The translations under genes were made by a program, and so were the position numbers. The notes under the pieces are model-generated. The model did no database searches. It was not told the DNA's origin and saw only the letters and a program-made list of their open reading frames with translations. This document shows positions 8,996-19,350 of a stretch of 64,000 bases of DNA, piece after piece (the first letter of the stretch is position 1; every line of letters starts with the position of its first letter). Source of the stretch: a virus. The stretch covers positions 91,574-155,573 of the IMG/VR virus record IMGVR_UViG_3300032397_000003. One strand, given 5' to 3'.

Positions 8996-10288
8996 TTATT
9001 GGCCTAAATACACAAAAGTAAATCTATTTTTTGCAGCATCATTAGGGGCGTTTCCAATTGTGTGTGGCCTAAATATATCCCCTTTTTTAAAGTACATACT
9101 TCCGGATAATTGGTGGAATGTATTTGCCTGAGTATACGCCATAGATACAATATCGGTAGTTGTAATAGATTGAATGATGGTCGTAAGCTGGTTCGAATTA
9201 AGACTTAAACCCCAATTTATATCGCCGCCGTCAGCTCCATGCATACACATATAGCTATACACACCGCTTCTATTTATTGTTATTTCAAGCCCTTTAGCGT
9301 TTGAACTGTAACCGCTGGAATGATTTTCAGAAAACATATTTCCGATATTTTCATCAAGATTAGTAAATCGCATAATTCTAATATCGGTTGAACCATAACC
9401 GGCATACGTTCTGAGTTTTAATTGACTTGTAATTCTTTCAGATACTATCTCCCAACATCCCGAATTTACACTTTCTTGTAGTACCAATATATTACCAACT
9501 TTAGGAAGTATAATTGATGCAAGTAAATCATTAGAAATTTTATTTGCATCTGTCGCATGAGGGTTTATTGTTAAAGTGTTTGTACCACCTTTTACATAAG
9601 CAATTTCTATTCTTCTCCTTCTATTATTAGACATTAAAGGAAGAGTATATATTACTGGACCTGCTGTTGTATCAAATTCTAATCTACTTATACCATCATT
9701 ATCTAATCCTACATAAGTAGCTTGCTTGTATGAAGTTAAATTACCATATGAAGTAAGTGCTTTTGTACTATTGTATAATCCATTAGCTCCTAGAATAGTA
9801 ACATCAGTTGATGCTGTAACCGTTGGAGTAATTACAGAGGTAGCCCCTCTAACATTACCACTTCTATCTATTAATCCCCATGTTTTAGATACATAAGAAA
9901 AAGAAGATAATACATTAGCTACATATACCCCCATACCAATTATAACATCAGTACTTAATAATTCACCCACTGCTTTAGCTGTAAAATCCATATAGTTAGT
10001 TGCTGAATTTATCCAAGTAAACTGACAAGTGATATATGGTTTAGCTTCTGTAATAGGAAATACTATTGTTGCAGATGTTTTTACATGAACCAGTTGATTC
10101 AATGATGTTTCTACTGCCACATCAAGTGGTGCGATATTAACATTGTTACCTGCATTGATAGTAAGATTACCACCATCATATACTCCGGGTTTAATCAGAT
10201 TATGAAGTAGCCCCCCAAGACTTGATGATAGAAGTTCTTGTCCATAACTAAAATTTATTGTTTGTGTACCATAATTTGTACTTCCCAT
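8996..10288 (-). CDS. tail fibre / receptor-binding protein 2
   Basis: N-terminal ~140 aa paralogous to 11051..12064 (PGVYxGG, KTWG); beta-rich C1q/TNF-like C-terminal end. Confidence 0.7.
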   Translation of the reverse strand: MGSTNYGTQTINFSYGQELLSSSLGGLLHNLIKPGVYDGGNLTINAGNNVNIAPLDVAVETSLNQLVHVKTSATIVFPITEAKPYITCQFTWINSATNYMDFTAKAVGELLSTDVIIGMGVYVANVLSSFSYVSKTWGLIDRSGNVRGATSVITPTVTASTDVTILGANGLYNSTKALTSYGNLTSYKQATYVGLDNDGISRLEFDTTAGPVIYTLPLMSNNRRRRIEIAYVKGGTNTLTINPHATDANKISNDLLASIILPKVGNILVLQESVNSGCWEIVSERITSQLKLRTYAGYGSTDIRIMRFTNLDENIGNMFSENHSSGYSSNAKGLEITINRSGVYSYMCMHGADGGDINWGLSLNSNQLTTIIQSITTTDIVSMAYTQANTFHQLSGSMYFKKGDIFRPHTIGNAPNDAAKNRFTFVYLGQ

Positions 10289-10299
10289 TTTTTACCTTC

Positions 10300-11049
10300 T
10301 TACCATATAATTGAATTAAGGGCTTCTATTGTTTGTGCATTATCTATTGATAATTCTAATGCTTCTTTTTTACCATAGAGATAAATACTATAAGCTATCA
10401 TTTCCTTTCTCATTAGTTTAATCTGAGCTAAAGTAGCCATCGTTTTTTGATTTTGATATCCTTTATACTCTGTTTCTGCTATTTCACTATCTGTCATAAA
10501 TTCAATAAGTACATCAACATTTTGAAGATCATTCTTAGTTGTATTTCTTCTGTAATCAATATTTATACCTAATACTTCTGAAGGAAAATGACCATTTATA
10601 AAATGTTGATTATAAGCATCAGATATTTCTTGATATTTTATAATCTTAAATTCTTCTATAGCTAGAATTCCATCAGTAGCAAGTTCAGAATTAGTTTTTT
10701 GAATAATTGTTTTCGTAATATCATCATACTTCTCTCTGTCAGATAACACGGTTAATCCTGCATCTATCTTTTCTTTAATAGTCATCTCAACAAATTCATT
10801 ACCTTCAATCTTTTTCCCTTCGGGAATATCAACAAAGTCTTTTCTTTCTGATAATGATAGTAATTCATATTTAGAATCAAATTCTCTTATATCCTGACCA
10901 ACTTTACCTGTGAAATAATCGTTAGGTATATGCTGAATAGAATCATAATCGGTAATTCCTCCATATTGCATTGAAGCAATTACTTTATCCTCTGATTGAG
11001 TTTCGCAACTATGAACGATCTTATTATCCTTTAATGCTATATATATCAT
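10300..11049 (-). CDS. tail fibre assembly chaperone (DUF4376-like)
   Basis: Lies between the fibre genes; C-terminal KKEALELSIDNAQTIEALNSIIW is typical of Tfa/DUF4376. Confidence 0.7.
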   Translation of the reverse strand: MIYIALKDNKIVHSCETQSEDKVIASMQYGGITDYDSIQHIPNDYFTGKVGQDIREFDSKYELLSLSERKDFVDIPEGKKIEGNEFVEMTIKEKIDAGLTVLSDREKYDDITKTIIQKTNSELATDGILAIEEFKIIKYQEISDAYNQHFINGHFPSEVLGINIDYRRNTTKNDLQNVDVLIEFMTDSEIAETEYKGYQNQKTMATLAQIKLMRKEMIAYSIYLYGKKEALELSIDNAQTIEALNSIIW

Positions 11050-11050
11050 A

Positions 11051-12064
11051 TTATAGTACCGTCCTTTTCCATAGTTTCATAAGTCTGTTTCTTGGTTCTG
11101 TAGTTGTTCCAGTTCTGGCAACGAGAGCCGAATTAAGTGTAATTGTATCAGCGTTGTAAGTCCCACCAGATGCACCACCAGAAGATGTTGACGATCGAGT
11201 AAACGCCCCAGTCGCTACATTTGCAGCCGTCATATATGTCCCAACCGTACCATTTATAACTTGACCCTGGTCAGCACTTAATCCAGTTGACCTTGCTTGT
11301 TGAGTTGTTCCATCCGTTCCCCCTGCTGTTCTGAAGTAGACATATTCCGTGTTAAACTGTTCAACCCAAGTACCACCGAATAGTGTCGCTGGTCTTGAAG
11401 CTGTAGGAAATGCTGTTGCATCTGTGTTACTTGCTGCATCCGGGTATTGAACGTAGAATGAACCTACGGGATACATAAAATCAGAAACAGCTTTAGATGT
11501 AGGAACTTTTGTTGTACTTGTTGAAAATACTGTTTCTACGTCACACCCATCTACTTGGTCAACATTTAAATTTGCTACTTTTGTGGTTGATGTAACATAA
11601 AAAGGAGTTGTACCAACAGGTACATCATTAGTTGTTTGTCTACCCCATGTTTTATTAGCATAAGTAACTGATGTTATTGCCCCTAAAGTAAATATACATT
11701 CTCCTAAACATACTTCATAAGGTAATGCTCCTGACCCAGATGCTCTTTGATTAAAGTCTAACCAATTTTCAGATACATCATCCCATGTATAAGTAAGTGC
11801 TATTACTGGGGTTGATGCGTTTACTGATATAGTAGTTGCTGATCTTGTCTCTACTCTTACAAGTTTATTAGAGCTAACTTCATCTGTTTTTATATAAGCA
11901 ACAAAAGGGGCTATTGTTGCCTGAGTTCCTGCATAAGTAATAGTACCACCACTATATACCCCTGGATTTATAGCTTCTCGTAAAAGAGTATTAAATTCTT
12001 TTGCTTGAGCTGGATGGTGATAATCAAATGTTATATATTGGTCACCTAAATTCGTTATTGACAT
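11051..12064 (-). CDS. tail fibre protein 1
   Basis: VANLNVDQVDG, YPVGSFYVQ, PATLFGGTW and EPRNRLMKLWKR fibre-tip motifs. Confidence 0.8.
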   Translation of the reverse strand: MSITNLGDQYITFDYHHPAQAKEFNTLLREAINPGVYSGGTITYAGTQATIAPFVAYIKTDEVSSNKLVRVETRSATTISVNASTPVIALTYTWDDVSENWLDFNQRASGSGALPYEVCLGECIFTLGAITSVTYANKTWGRQTTNDVPVGTTPFYVTSTTKVANLNVDQVDGCDVETVFSTSTTKVPTSKAVSDFMYPVGSFYVQYPDAASNTDATAFPTASRPATLFGGTWVEQFNTEYVYFRTAGGTDGTTQQARSTGLSADQGQVINGTVGTYMTAANVATGAFTRSSTSSGGASGGTYNADTITLNSALVARTGTTTEPRNRLMKLWKRTVL

Positions 12065-12075
12065 CTTTACCTCTC

Positions 12076-13242
12076 TTAAATAATTTGAAAATCAAACTTG
12101 ATATTTGAATAAGTACTATTATCCCATTGAACTTTTGGAAATGTACTATATAATAAACAACCACTGAATGAGTCTAGTATTGCAACTTCTGTAAATCCTG
12201 AAAAATGTTGTTGCTCTTTTATTAGTGTTCTAAAATTAAGGTGATCTAATTCTTCTGTTATCTTAGATACCCCACTTGTATAACTTATTTGAAATATAAA
12301 ATCATGTACATCTGTAATACCAGAATGTATAATTGAATGAGTTCCTGATCCAAAATTGATATACTTCATATTTGTGAAATCAGTTGAAGTTAGAACACTC
12401 TTTTGTAAAGTTGGAGTTAATCCTTGATAATCAGTCCATGTTTTATTAGTAACTGTATTATTACTATTCAATTCAATCTGTAAATATGGTTCATAATAGC
12501 ATCTATCTGTTACTCGTTTAAATTGATCTATATCATTTTTTAACACTTTGAGAGTTTCTAATGATTGAAATTCAGTAGCTGATTCTATAAATTTATGGGT
12601 GTAGTTGAATATCATATTTCTCGTTAAAGAAAATAATATAGCAGAGCCATCTAAGCTTGGAAATTCTACAAAGTCTAGATAAGATGGATTAAGCTCGGAA
12701 TACGTTCCTGTTGATACCCTCTCAGTTGTATCTAAAGCAAATGGTGGGGTATAGTCTAATGATATATATGCATCAAGACGTACTAAACTACCTCTATAAG
12801 TATACCCCCTATCTTCTCTGTCCAGATGGGTTGTACCTGCTTGTGATGATCCTAGTAAAGTTTCATCCCCAATATAAACATCATATATAGTATCATAAAC
12901 AACTGAATATCCATTAGATATTAAATTAAAAGGTATTCCTTGTATTTGATAACAAGATGGGGTAGTTTTAGATTTAAGCCTCGGTATTAAAAATAGTAAT
13001 TCTTTTTTTATGAAATCAAGGGTTGAAGTATATCCATTTAGAGTTCTTAAATTATAACCTAACATTACAGCCAAGTCTCTTAATTCTTGTTCGGTAGCAT
13101 TATCAAAGTCATATTGATTAAATATAGCTTTTACTTTATCATCTCTAATATCTGTATATATAGATTGCCATACTTCAGTGAGTGATCCCCACTTAGTATC
13201 CTGCATTGCTTTTGGAATAAATCTCTTAAAGGAAAAATTCAT
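12076..13242 (-). CDS. baseplate wedge protein (gpI/gp7-like)
   Basis: Follows the gp6-like gene; DFDNA..ELRDLAVMLG motif. Confidence 0.55.
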   Translation of the reverse strand: MNFSFKRFIPKAMQDTKWGSLTEVWQSIYTDIRDDKVKAIFNQYDFDNATEQELRDLAVMLGYNLRTLNGYTSTLDFIKKELLFLIPRLKSKTTPSCYQIQGIPFNLISNGYSVVYDTIYDVYIGDETLLGSSQAGTTHLDREDRGYTYRGSLVRLDAYISLDYTPPFALDTTERVSTGTYSELNPSYLDFVEFPSLDGSAILFSLTRNMIFNYTHKFIESATEFQSLETLKVLKNDIDQFKRVTDRCYYEPYLQIELNSNNTVTNKTWTDYQGLTPTLQKSVLTSTDFTNMKYINFGSGTHSIIHSGITDVHDFIFQISYTSGVSKITEELDHLNFRTLIKEQQHFSGFTEVAILDSFSGCLLYSTFPKVQWDNSTYSNIKFDFQII

Positions 13243-13254
13243 CTAAAAATCCTC

Positions 13255-15099
13255 TTATGATATATAAGACAAATCAGTGTTGATAAAGTCTTGGTCTATG
13301 TCAGTTATTTGGTAGAACCAGGGCAATCTTATACTATTCCGCTGTCCAGGTGTTGTATTACCATCTTCCATCTTGTAACTGAGATATAAAACATATCCAT
13401 CAGCATCAGCAGTACCTGGATTCTGTATTCCATAAATAGCATGAGTTACATCAGCTACTATTTCAACAATTAAAAACGAATACTGATTAGTACTGTAATT
13501 AACAAATCCACCTGAAACTGTGTAACCGTTCATCCCCGATATAACCACACCTGTAGTAGATGCTATTTGTAAAGGGGCTTGCCATACATCAGCTATTTTT
13601 CTTTTAATCCATATTTCAAAACTATTTAATAGCAACCAATTTTGCTTATCTAGATCACTGGTTTGGGGTGGTATAAAACTAGAGAGTAATCTTACATTAC
13701 TCATTGTAGGATTTATATCTTTTTCTAAGTAATAAATCTCTGAACTATGGTACACTATATCAGTTATAGCATCTATAACTCTATAAAAATTAGATTCATA
13801 AATATTTTGCTGAAAGTCTGCATTAAGAATATCATATTGGGTATTAAGAGCATCCTTAATATCTAAGTCCACAACTGAAAATGTTTTATTAGCTGAAATT
13901 TTTGCAGTTACATCAAATCTCGCATAAACTTTTTGAAGTGTTTCAAAAGATACAATCTCTGTTAAACATTTTTTTGGTAAAATATAATCAGTTTCTAAAC
14001 TTGTTTTTTGAGTTGCAGTTAAATCTTCTCCAGTATTAGATACTGCAGTTACATAAACTAAATTTTGATCTGAGACATTAGTTGAACCCCCTAGACTTTC
14101 TATAGTCCATACTTTAGATTTATTTACGTAAGGAGCTGCATCAATTGCTGCCATCCAATTTTCTACTGAAGATAGTATACCACCTATTTGAAATAGATTA
14201 GGTGCATTATTTCTTATTGATTCAATATCTTCAATCTCTGTTCCTCCAACTATACCATCCGCATGAGTACAATATAAAGTAGCTACTGTATTATCTTCAT
14301 CTGTTAAAGCTGTTTTAATTACTATTATAGCATCACTTGATGTAATATCACCAAGACTTCCCTTTGTATCAGCATATTTAATAAGTATCCTTTCTCCATT
14401 AGAAAGTTTTTTAGAGTTTATACCATCACCAAATATAATCTTTATATAATCGTATGCAGGAGAGTTTTCTATTTGACAGTAATAATCAGTGGTATTATTT
14501 ATAAGATAAAGATTAGAGGTAATATTCACATCGTATAAGAATCCATTTGCTGAGTCTACTACCCATATTTGCAATTCATCATTATCAGTAGAATCAGAAT
14601 ATAAAGATATAGTTTCATTTACTATTCCAGTTGCTATATAAAGAAATTCTTTCGGAGTACCTTCTTTAACAGCAACATCTATATCTCCTACTGTACCTGT
14701 ATAATAAAATACATTATCAGTAGCATACACACTAAGAGTATTATCTACATCTATAAATGTAGCCCAACGGGGTATTCTAATTTCCTTTCCTGCATAGGTG
14801 TAGGCGGGGTTGAAGGTAGAATCAGCACTTATCTGTAAAGTACCAATAGCCCCTGTTTTTCTATAAGGAATATATCCAAGCCATTTAGCAAGTTTGACAA
14901 GTGAGTCTCTTTTTTCTGCTGTAATCCATTTAGCTTCTCTATATAAGAATTCAGCGAGATAAACTAATTTTTCTCCTGTATAAGCAAGCATATCAACAAT
15001 TCGTTGATATACTCCATAATATAATATTTTATTCCAATCAGATAAAAGCGAAAGTCTTGATTGTATTTCTGTTACGAGTCCGTTATACGTATAAATCAT
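13255..15099 (-). CDS. baseplate wedge protein (T4 gp6 / baseplate J-like)
   Basis: LAKWLGYIP, IIFGDGINSK, GGTEIEDIESIRNNAP motifs. Confidence 0.85.
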   Translation of the reverse strand: MIYTYNGLVTEIQSRLSLLSDWNKILYYGVYQRIVDMLAYTGEKLVYLAEFLYREAKWITAEKRDSLVKLAKWLGYIPYRKTGAIGTLQISADSTFNPAYTYAGKEIRIPRWATFIDVDNTLSVYATDNVFYYTGTVGDIDVAVKEGTPKEFLYIATGIVNETISLYSDSTDNDELQIWVVDSANGFLYDVNITSNLYLINNTTDYYCQIENSPAYDYIKIIFGDGINSKKLSNGERILIKYADTKGSLGDITSSDAIIVIKTALTDEDNTVATLYCTHADGIVGGTEIEDIESIRNNAPNLFQIGGILSSVENWMAAIDAAPYVNKSKVWTIESLGGSTNVSDQNLVYVTAVSNTGEDLTATQKTSLETDYILPKKCLTEIVSFETLQKVYARFDVTAKISANKTFSVVDLDIKDALNTQYDILNADFQQNIYESNFYRVIDAITDIVYHSSEIYYLEKDINPTMSNVRLLSSFIPPQTSDLDKQNWLLLNSFEIWIKRKIADVWQAPLQIASTTGVVISGMNGYTVSGGFVNYSTNQYSFLIVEIVADVTHAIYGIQNPGTADADGYVLYLSYKMEDGNTTPGQRNSIRLPWFYQITDIDQDFINTDLSYIS

Positions 15100-15108
15100 T
15101 TTAAACCT

Positions 15109-15696
15109 CTAGCTTCCATTACAGACGATTAGTATGTCTGTAAATTTTGAATCAGTAGGAAGAAGGTTGACGAGTTTGTATTTATTCCACTTCCAACTGT
15201 TTAAATCATAATCATAAATCAATCTACTAGAACTTATAGAAGGTTTTTTAATTGTTACAAATTCTAATAGATTATCTTCTATATATAGTACTTCTTCATA
15301 TTCAAAACTATTAGTGCTAAATTTTGTATTAAGAAATAATGATAAGGCATCTGTTGTTCCTTCGTTTGGAATTGAGTATACAACTTCAATTTCAGTTATT
15401 CTATTTTCATAATCAGGAATTATATTTAACGCTTGTATAGTCACTTCAGGGGAGAATTCATTCATTAAAGCTGTCATCAATCTCATTTTTAAAGTCATAA
15501 AGTTTTCTGGATTTAATGTCTTAAAAGCAAAATTATCTAATGCCCCTCCTGCAAAAGGATTCATTAAGTATTCTCCTCTCTTGGAGTTTATCCATTGGTT
15601 CATTGCATTCTTAATAGCACTGGCTGCATAATAAGTTACAGGTGTACCATCTTTATTATCCCTACTGTATAAATCTATATCTTGGTAAGTTGACAT
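15109..15696 (-). CDS. baseplate wedge / sheath initiator (gp25-like)
   Basis: AIKNAMNQWINSKRGEYLMNPFAG gp25/gpW motif. Confidence 0.8.
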   Translation of the reverse strand: MSTYQDIDLYSRDNKDGTPVTYYAASAIKNAMNQWINSKRGEYLMNPFAGGALDNFAFKTLNPENFMTLKMRLMTALMNEFSPEVTIQALNIIPDYENRITEIEVVYSIPNEGTTDALSLFLNTKFSTNSFEYEEVLYIEDNLLEFVTIKKPSISSSRLIYDYDLNSWKWNKYKLVNLLPTDSKFTDILIVCNGS

Positions 15697-15714
15697 TTTC
15701 CCTCTTTATATTAT

Positions 15715-15723
15715 TTATTAGTA
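15715..15723 (-). promoter_or_regulatory. late promoter motif TACTAATAA
   Basis: Recurs upstream of structural genes (minus: 19063, 20439, 21654, 23900, 44801, 47527, 59985, 62281; plus: 454, 23931, 39905). Confidence 0.7.
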
Positions 15724-15729
15724 AAGAAT

Positions 15730-16425
15730 TTAATTATTTTTATTCTTAGCTGATAGGATAGTAGGTAGCTGAACTGTCTTAATCAAAGTAAATGCAGCTG
15801 CATTAACAGGAACAGATGAAGGACTACCAGGTGCAGTACATGTTACAGTAATGGCTGCAATAGCGTCAAGAATAGCTCCCAAAGTATCACTTAAAGTTTT
15901 ACCTAGAACCATTTTCTCAGATGGTACTGTTCCCCCTAATAATTCTATCTCAGTAGCTTTTATTTTAACTTTTCCATTTTTATCTATAAATATACTTGCA
16001 GTAGGGTGATATATAAATATTTCAGCATTACTAGAATTACTATCTACTCCTATACAAATTCCATTAGGATAATAAGTATATTTAGCATTAGGGTAAACCG
16101 AAGCTGATCCTATACTTGATTTTACATTGTCTTGAAATAAAGTATGAGGATGAAAGTCACTAAAATTTATATCTGATATATAATAAGGTTGTCTTTGAAA
16201 TTCATCTATATCTTCAAACCACACCCATACAAAAGAATTAACTTCTGGTATAAAAGAGGAACCGTGTAGATTACTTCCACCACATCCACCTGAATTACTT
16301 TGAATTGCCCATGGAAGTTCTTTGTCAGCTATACCATAATGAAGGTGCTCTATTTTTACTTGAACTCTTCCTTTCTTTTTTGTATCATTGTTTTTTATGA
16401 CTTTAGCTGGAAAATATCCTTGCAT
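15730..16425 (-). CDS. baseplate spike (gp5/gpV OB-fold)
   Basis: AKVIKNND..KGRVQVKI, LPWA, IPEVNSFVWVWFE motifs. Confidence 0.85.
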   Translation of the reverse strand: MQGYFPAKVIKNNDTKKKGRVQVKIEHLHYGIADKELPWAIQSNSGGCGGSNLHGSSFIPEVNSFVWVWFEDIDEFQRQPYYISDINFSDFHPHTLFQDNVKSSIGSASVYPNAKYTYYPNGICIGVDSNSSNAEIFIYHPTASIFIDKNGKVKIKATEIELLGGTVPSEKMVLGKTLSDTLGAILDAIAAITVTCTAPGSPSSVPVNAAAFTLIKTVQLPTILSAKNKNN

Positions 16426-16725
16426 CTATTGTCTCCATTTTAGGATAAAACTTTTTATATCTTCAATCTTCGGAATATATATCTCAGTCATAGGAATTAT
16501 TTCAAATATATCTTCTATATTATTTACAAGTAATATTATATCCCAATATTCAACTGATTGATAATATGTTTGAGATATAAGATAAGGTCTTTCTATTTCA
16601 ATCTTAGATATCTTATGAGTAAAGTATCCATTAGTCCATTCAAAATTTCTCCATAATACTGAAGAAGAATCTCTTATTATATTACCATCTGTATCACTTA
16701 ATATTGATTGTACTTTTTCTCTCAT
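16426..16725 (-). CDS. LysM-like baseplate protein (gp53/gpX-like)
   Basis: RPYLISQTYY...YWDIILLVNNI...IYIP. Confidence 0.75.
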   Translation of the reverse strand: MREKVQSILSDTDGNIIRDSSSVLWRNFEWTNGYFTHKISKIEIERPYLISQTYYQSVEYWDIILLVNNIEDIFEIIPMTEIYIPKIEDIKSFILKWRQ

Positions 16726-16730
16726 TTGTA

Positions 16731-17471
16731 TTATCTCATTCTAGGATTTGTTTTTACTGGGGCTGCAGGTGCTTCTGGTCCATAATAATTACCATTAGTG
16801 TCAAATAATCTCCCCATTTTAAAGAATTCTATGAAAGCAGGAACAAGACTTTGTATTTGTACATTAGCACTAGCCCACAAAGGGTAACCGTTCTCAGTGA
16901 CATGTTTAGAGTAGGTTGGAGAAACAGAAAAAACAAATGCTGCTGGGAGATATATAACTCCAGGGATAACAACTGAAAAAATAGAATCCTGTTGTTGATC
17001 TATAATTTTTTGCATTTCTTTTTTTTGTTGGTCTGTAATTTCTTCTCCACCTTTATCTTTTATGTCTTTTATTTCTTGATCTATTGATCTAACATTTTTT
17101 GCATTTAACCCAGGAACCAAAACTTGTTTTTTATCCCCTGTTCTAAGTATATGAGAACCTATAAGTAAGGTCATAGGGTCAAGAACATCAGTTAAAGGAT
17201 CAGTTTTTGTATAAAAAAACATATCAACTGTAATTTTTACAGGATTTGTTTTTGTCCATCTAGGAGCATCAAGTATTGATCTTAATCCTAATCCTGTCGA
17301 TCCAACTGTTCCACCCGAACTACTTAACATATTACCAACATCTACTAGAGAAGATATAGTGGGGCATAGATCACCAAAAGTACTAAACTCAGTAGCTGTT
17401 TCTATTTGAAAATCTTCTGTTATTGGAAGATCAATTTGACCACTTGCAAATTGCATTATTATTCTATTCAT
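16731..17471 (-). CDS. tail tube initiator / baseplate-tube junction protein
   Basis: Position after the tape measure gene; tube-fold-like beta pattern. Confidence 0.45.
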   Translation of the reverse strand: MNRIIMQFASGQIDLPITEDFQIETATEFSTFGDLCPTISSLVDVGNMLSSSGGTVGSTGLGLRSILDAPRWTKTNPVKITVDMFFYTKTDPLTDVLDPMTLLIGSHILRTGDKKQVLVPGLNAKNVRSIDQEIKDIKDKGGEEITDQQKKEMQKIIDQQQDSIFSVVIPGVIYLPAAFVFSVSPTYSKHVTENGYPLWASANVQIQSLVPAFIEFFKMGRLFDTNGNYYGPEAPAAPVKTNPRMR

Positions 17472-19030
17472 TTAGACCCCAGTACAAATGTTCCTTTTCT
17501 ATTCATATCAAAATCCATAGCTTTTGCTCTTCCTGCATCTCTTCCAGACTCATATTTATCTAATTTTTCTAATAAGCCAGCTTGTTTCGCTTCGGCATAT
17601 CTTTGAGTGGATACTCCCATTGTTTGTGCAGCCTCTCTTAATTGCTTAACATCTTCATAATCTGCAGCATTTAGTTGTTTTTTCAATTGCTCATCCGTAG
17701 CTGAAGAGGATGCCGCTTGAACTATGTAAGACTGAGATGCTGTCTTTCCCGCTTCTTGAATTTTTTCGGTATTTCTCATATAATCTACAGCGCCATAATC
17801 CCAAATAGCACCTAACCAATTGAGTAAATCCCCTATAACTTTTTGCACTGTATTTATAGCTGATGTTATACCACTAGTAATTTTATTAAAGAGATTACCA
17901 AAAAAATCTAATACAGGTCCAAGTTTTTTTAATACTGGTGCAGCCATTTTAGATAATTTAGAAAATAAATTTTTTATAGGTTTTATAAATATAGAATCAA
18001 ATAATGTACTTAGTATTGTATATCCTGATTTGAAAACTCTAATAGCTCCCATAACAAAATTGTATATTCCCGTTATAAGTTTAATAGGGAGTAATATAAT
18101 AAATTTCCATATTTTAAATTGAAGTATAAGAAATTTACCTAAAGCTTTAAATAAAAAACTACCTATTTTTTTAATGATAGGTAAAGCGGGAACTATGTAA
18201 TCAGTAAAAAATACTTTTAATGTATTAAAAAGATCAGATATAAGAGGTTCTATTTCTTTCCAGTTATCATAAATTAAATAGGCTATAAGAGCTGCTGCTG
18301 CAACTGCTGCAACTAGAGGCCAACTTAATACCGCCATTGCAGCACCTAAAGAACTTATTATTGGACCTAGAAATCCAACTGCCCAAACTATAGCAAGAAG
18401 TAGTGGAAGAAATTGAGCTATGAAATCAGTTATCTTTCCCCATATAGGGTCTTTTAACCCAAGCATATCAAGTATAGCTCTAAATATTTGTTTTAATACT
18501 TTTGGTATTACATTCCATAAAAGATTCCAGAACATTTTTAAAAGTGTTGGTAAGAATTTTATAAGACTTACAATAGCACTACCAATAATGCCTAAAATCC
18601 AAGGTAAGAACTTTTGTATGATTCCCATTCTAAGTAGAACAAGAAATACAATAAGTTCAGTTATAAAACTAACTGAAGCAAGTCCTTTTAAAAATCCTAA
18701 AGTCTTTTGAAAGAAATTTGATTTAATTACTTTTTGCCATTTTTCAGTAATCCAATGGCTTTTCTTTTTATCCCCATCTGAAGGTTCATTTTTTTTATCT
18801 TGTTTATTCCCATCTATTGATGCGCCATATACTTTTTCTACTATTTCTATAAGTCTAGTAAATCTAGTGATAAGCATATTATGAAGTCCTTTAATGGCTA
18901 AAGTAAACATACCATTATTACCAAGAAATTTCATAAGAAAAGGAGTATATATTTTATCAACTTTAGTTTGTTCTTTTTTTAATTCTTTACTAAGAGGTTT
19001 ATTAAAATCTGGTAAAACCATTCCATCCAT
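17468..19030 (-). CDS. tape measure protein
   Basis: Long amphipathic and hydrophobic helices with periodic W/F; follows the tail chaperones. Confidence 0.7.
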   Translation of the reverse strand: MDGMVLPDFNKPLSKELKKEQTKVDKIYTPFLMKFLGNNGMFTLAIKGLHNMLITRFTRLIEIVEKVYGASIDGNKQDKKNEPSDGDKKKSHWITEKWQKVIKSNFFQKTLGFLKGLASVSFITELIVFLVLLRMGIIQKFLPWILGIIGSAIVSLIKFLPTLLKMFWNLLWNVIPKVLKQIFRAILDMLGLKDPIWGKITDFIAQFLPLLLAIVWAVGFLGPIISSLGAAMAVLSWPLVAAVAAAALIAYLIYDNWKEIEPLISDLFNTLKVFFTDYIVPALPIIKKIGSFLFKALGKFLILQFKIWKFIILLPIKLITGIYNFVMGAIRVFKSGYTILSTLFDSIFIKPIKNLFSKLSKMAAPVLKKLGPVLDFFGNLFNKITSGITSAINTVQKVIGDLLNWLGAIWDYGAVDYMRNTEKIQEAGKTASQSYIVQAASSSATDEQLKKQLNAADYEDVKQLREAAQTMGVSTQRYAEAKQAGLLEKLDKYESGRDAGRAKAMDFDMNRKGTFVLGSK

Positions 19031-19083
19031 CTATGATAAACCCCCTTTTAAAAATTTTATAATTATTAGTAAGAAATTTCTTA

Positions 19084-19350
19084 TTATCTTCTCATTGAAG
19101 AACTTGAAGGCATCTTACTTGTTTCTTTTTTCATCTCAGCTTGTTTAGCTTTTTGATAAGTCTCATATTGACTATATCGTTTCTTAGCAATCCATCTAGG
19201 CATTGCTAAGACTTCATTTTCAGATAAACCTACCTTATATACCAAAATAAATATCAAGTCCTGAATTGAATTTAGGTTTTCTCTCGGTAACATCTCCCGT
19301 ATGTTGTTTACGATAGTTGAGTGGGAGAAGTTGCCTTGGATCGATGACAT
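19084..19350 (-). CDS. tail/baseplate assembly chaperone 2 (gp51-like); possibly a frameshift extension of the upstream gene
   Basis: GLSENEVLAMPRW motif; overlaps the upstream gene in the +1 frame; ATG 19350 has GAGG upstream. Confidence 0.55.
   Translation of the reverse strand: MSSIQGNFSHSTIVNNIREMLPRENLNSIQDLIFILVYKVGLSENEVLAMPRWIAKKRYSQYETYQKAKQAEMKKETSKMPSSSSMRR

Noticed and set aside
8820-12064. Diversity-generating retroelement or invertible cassette at the tail fibres
   Set aside because: No template/variable repeat pair, reverse transcriptase, invertase or inverted crossover sites visible in the window
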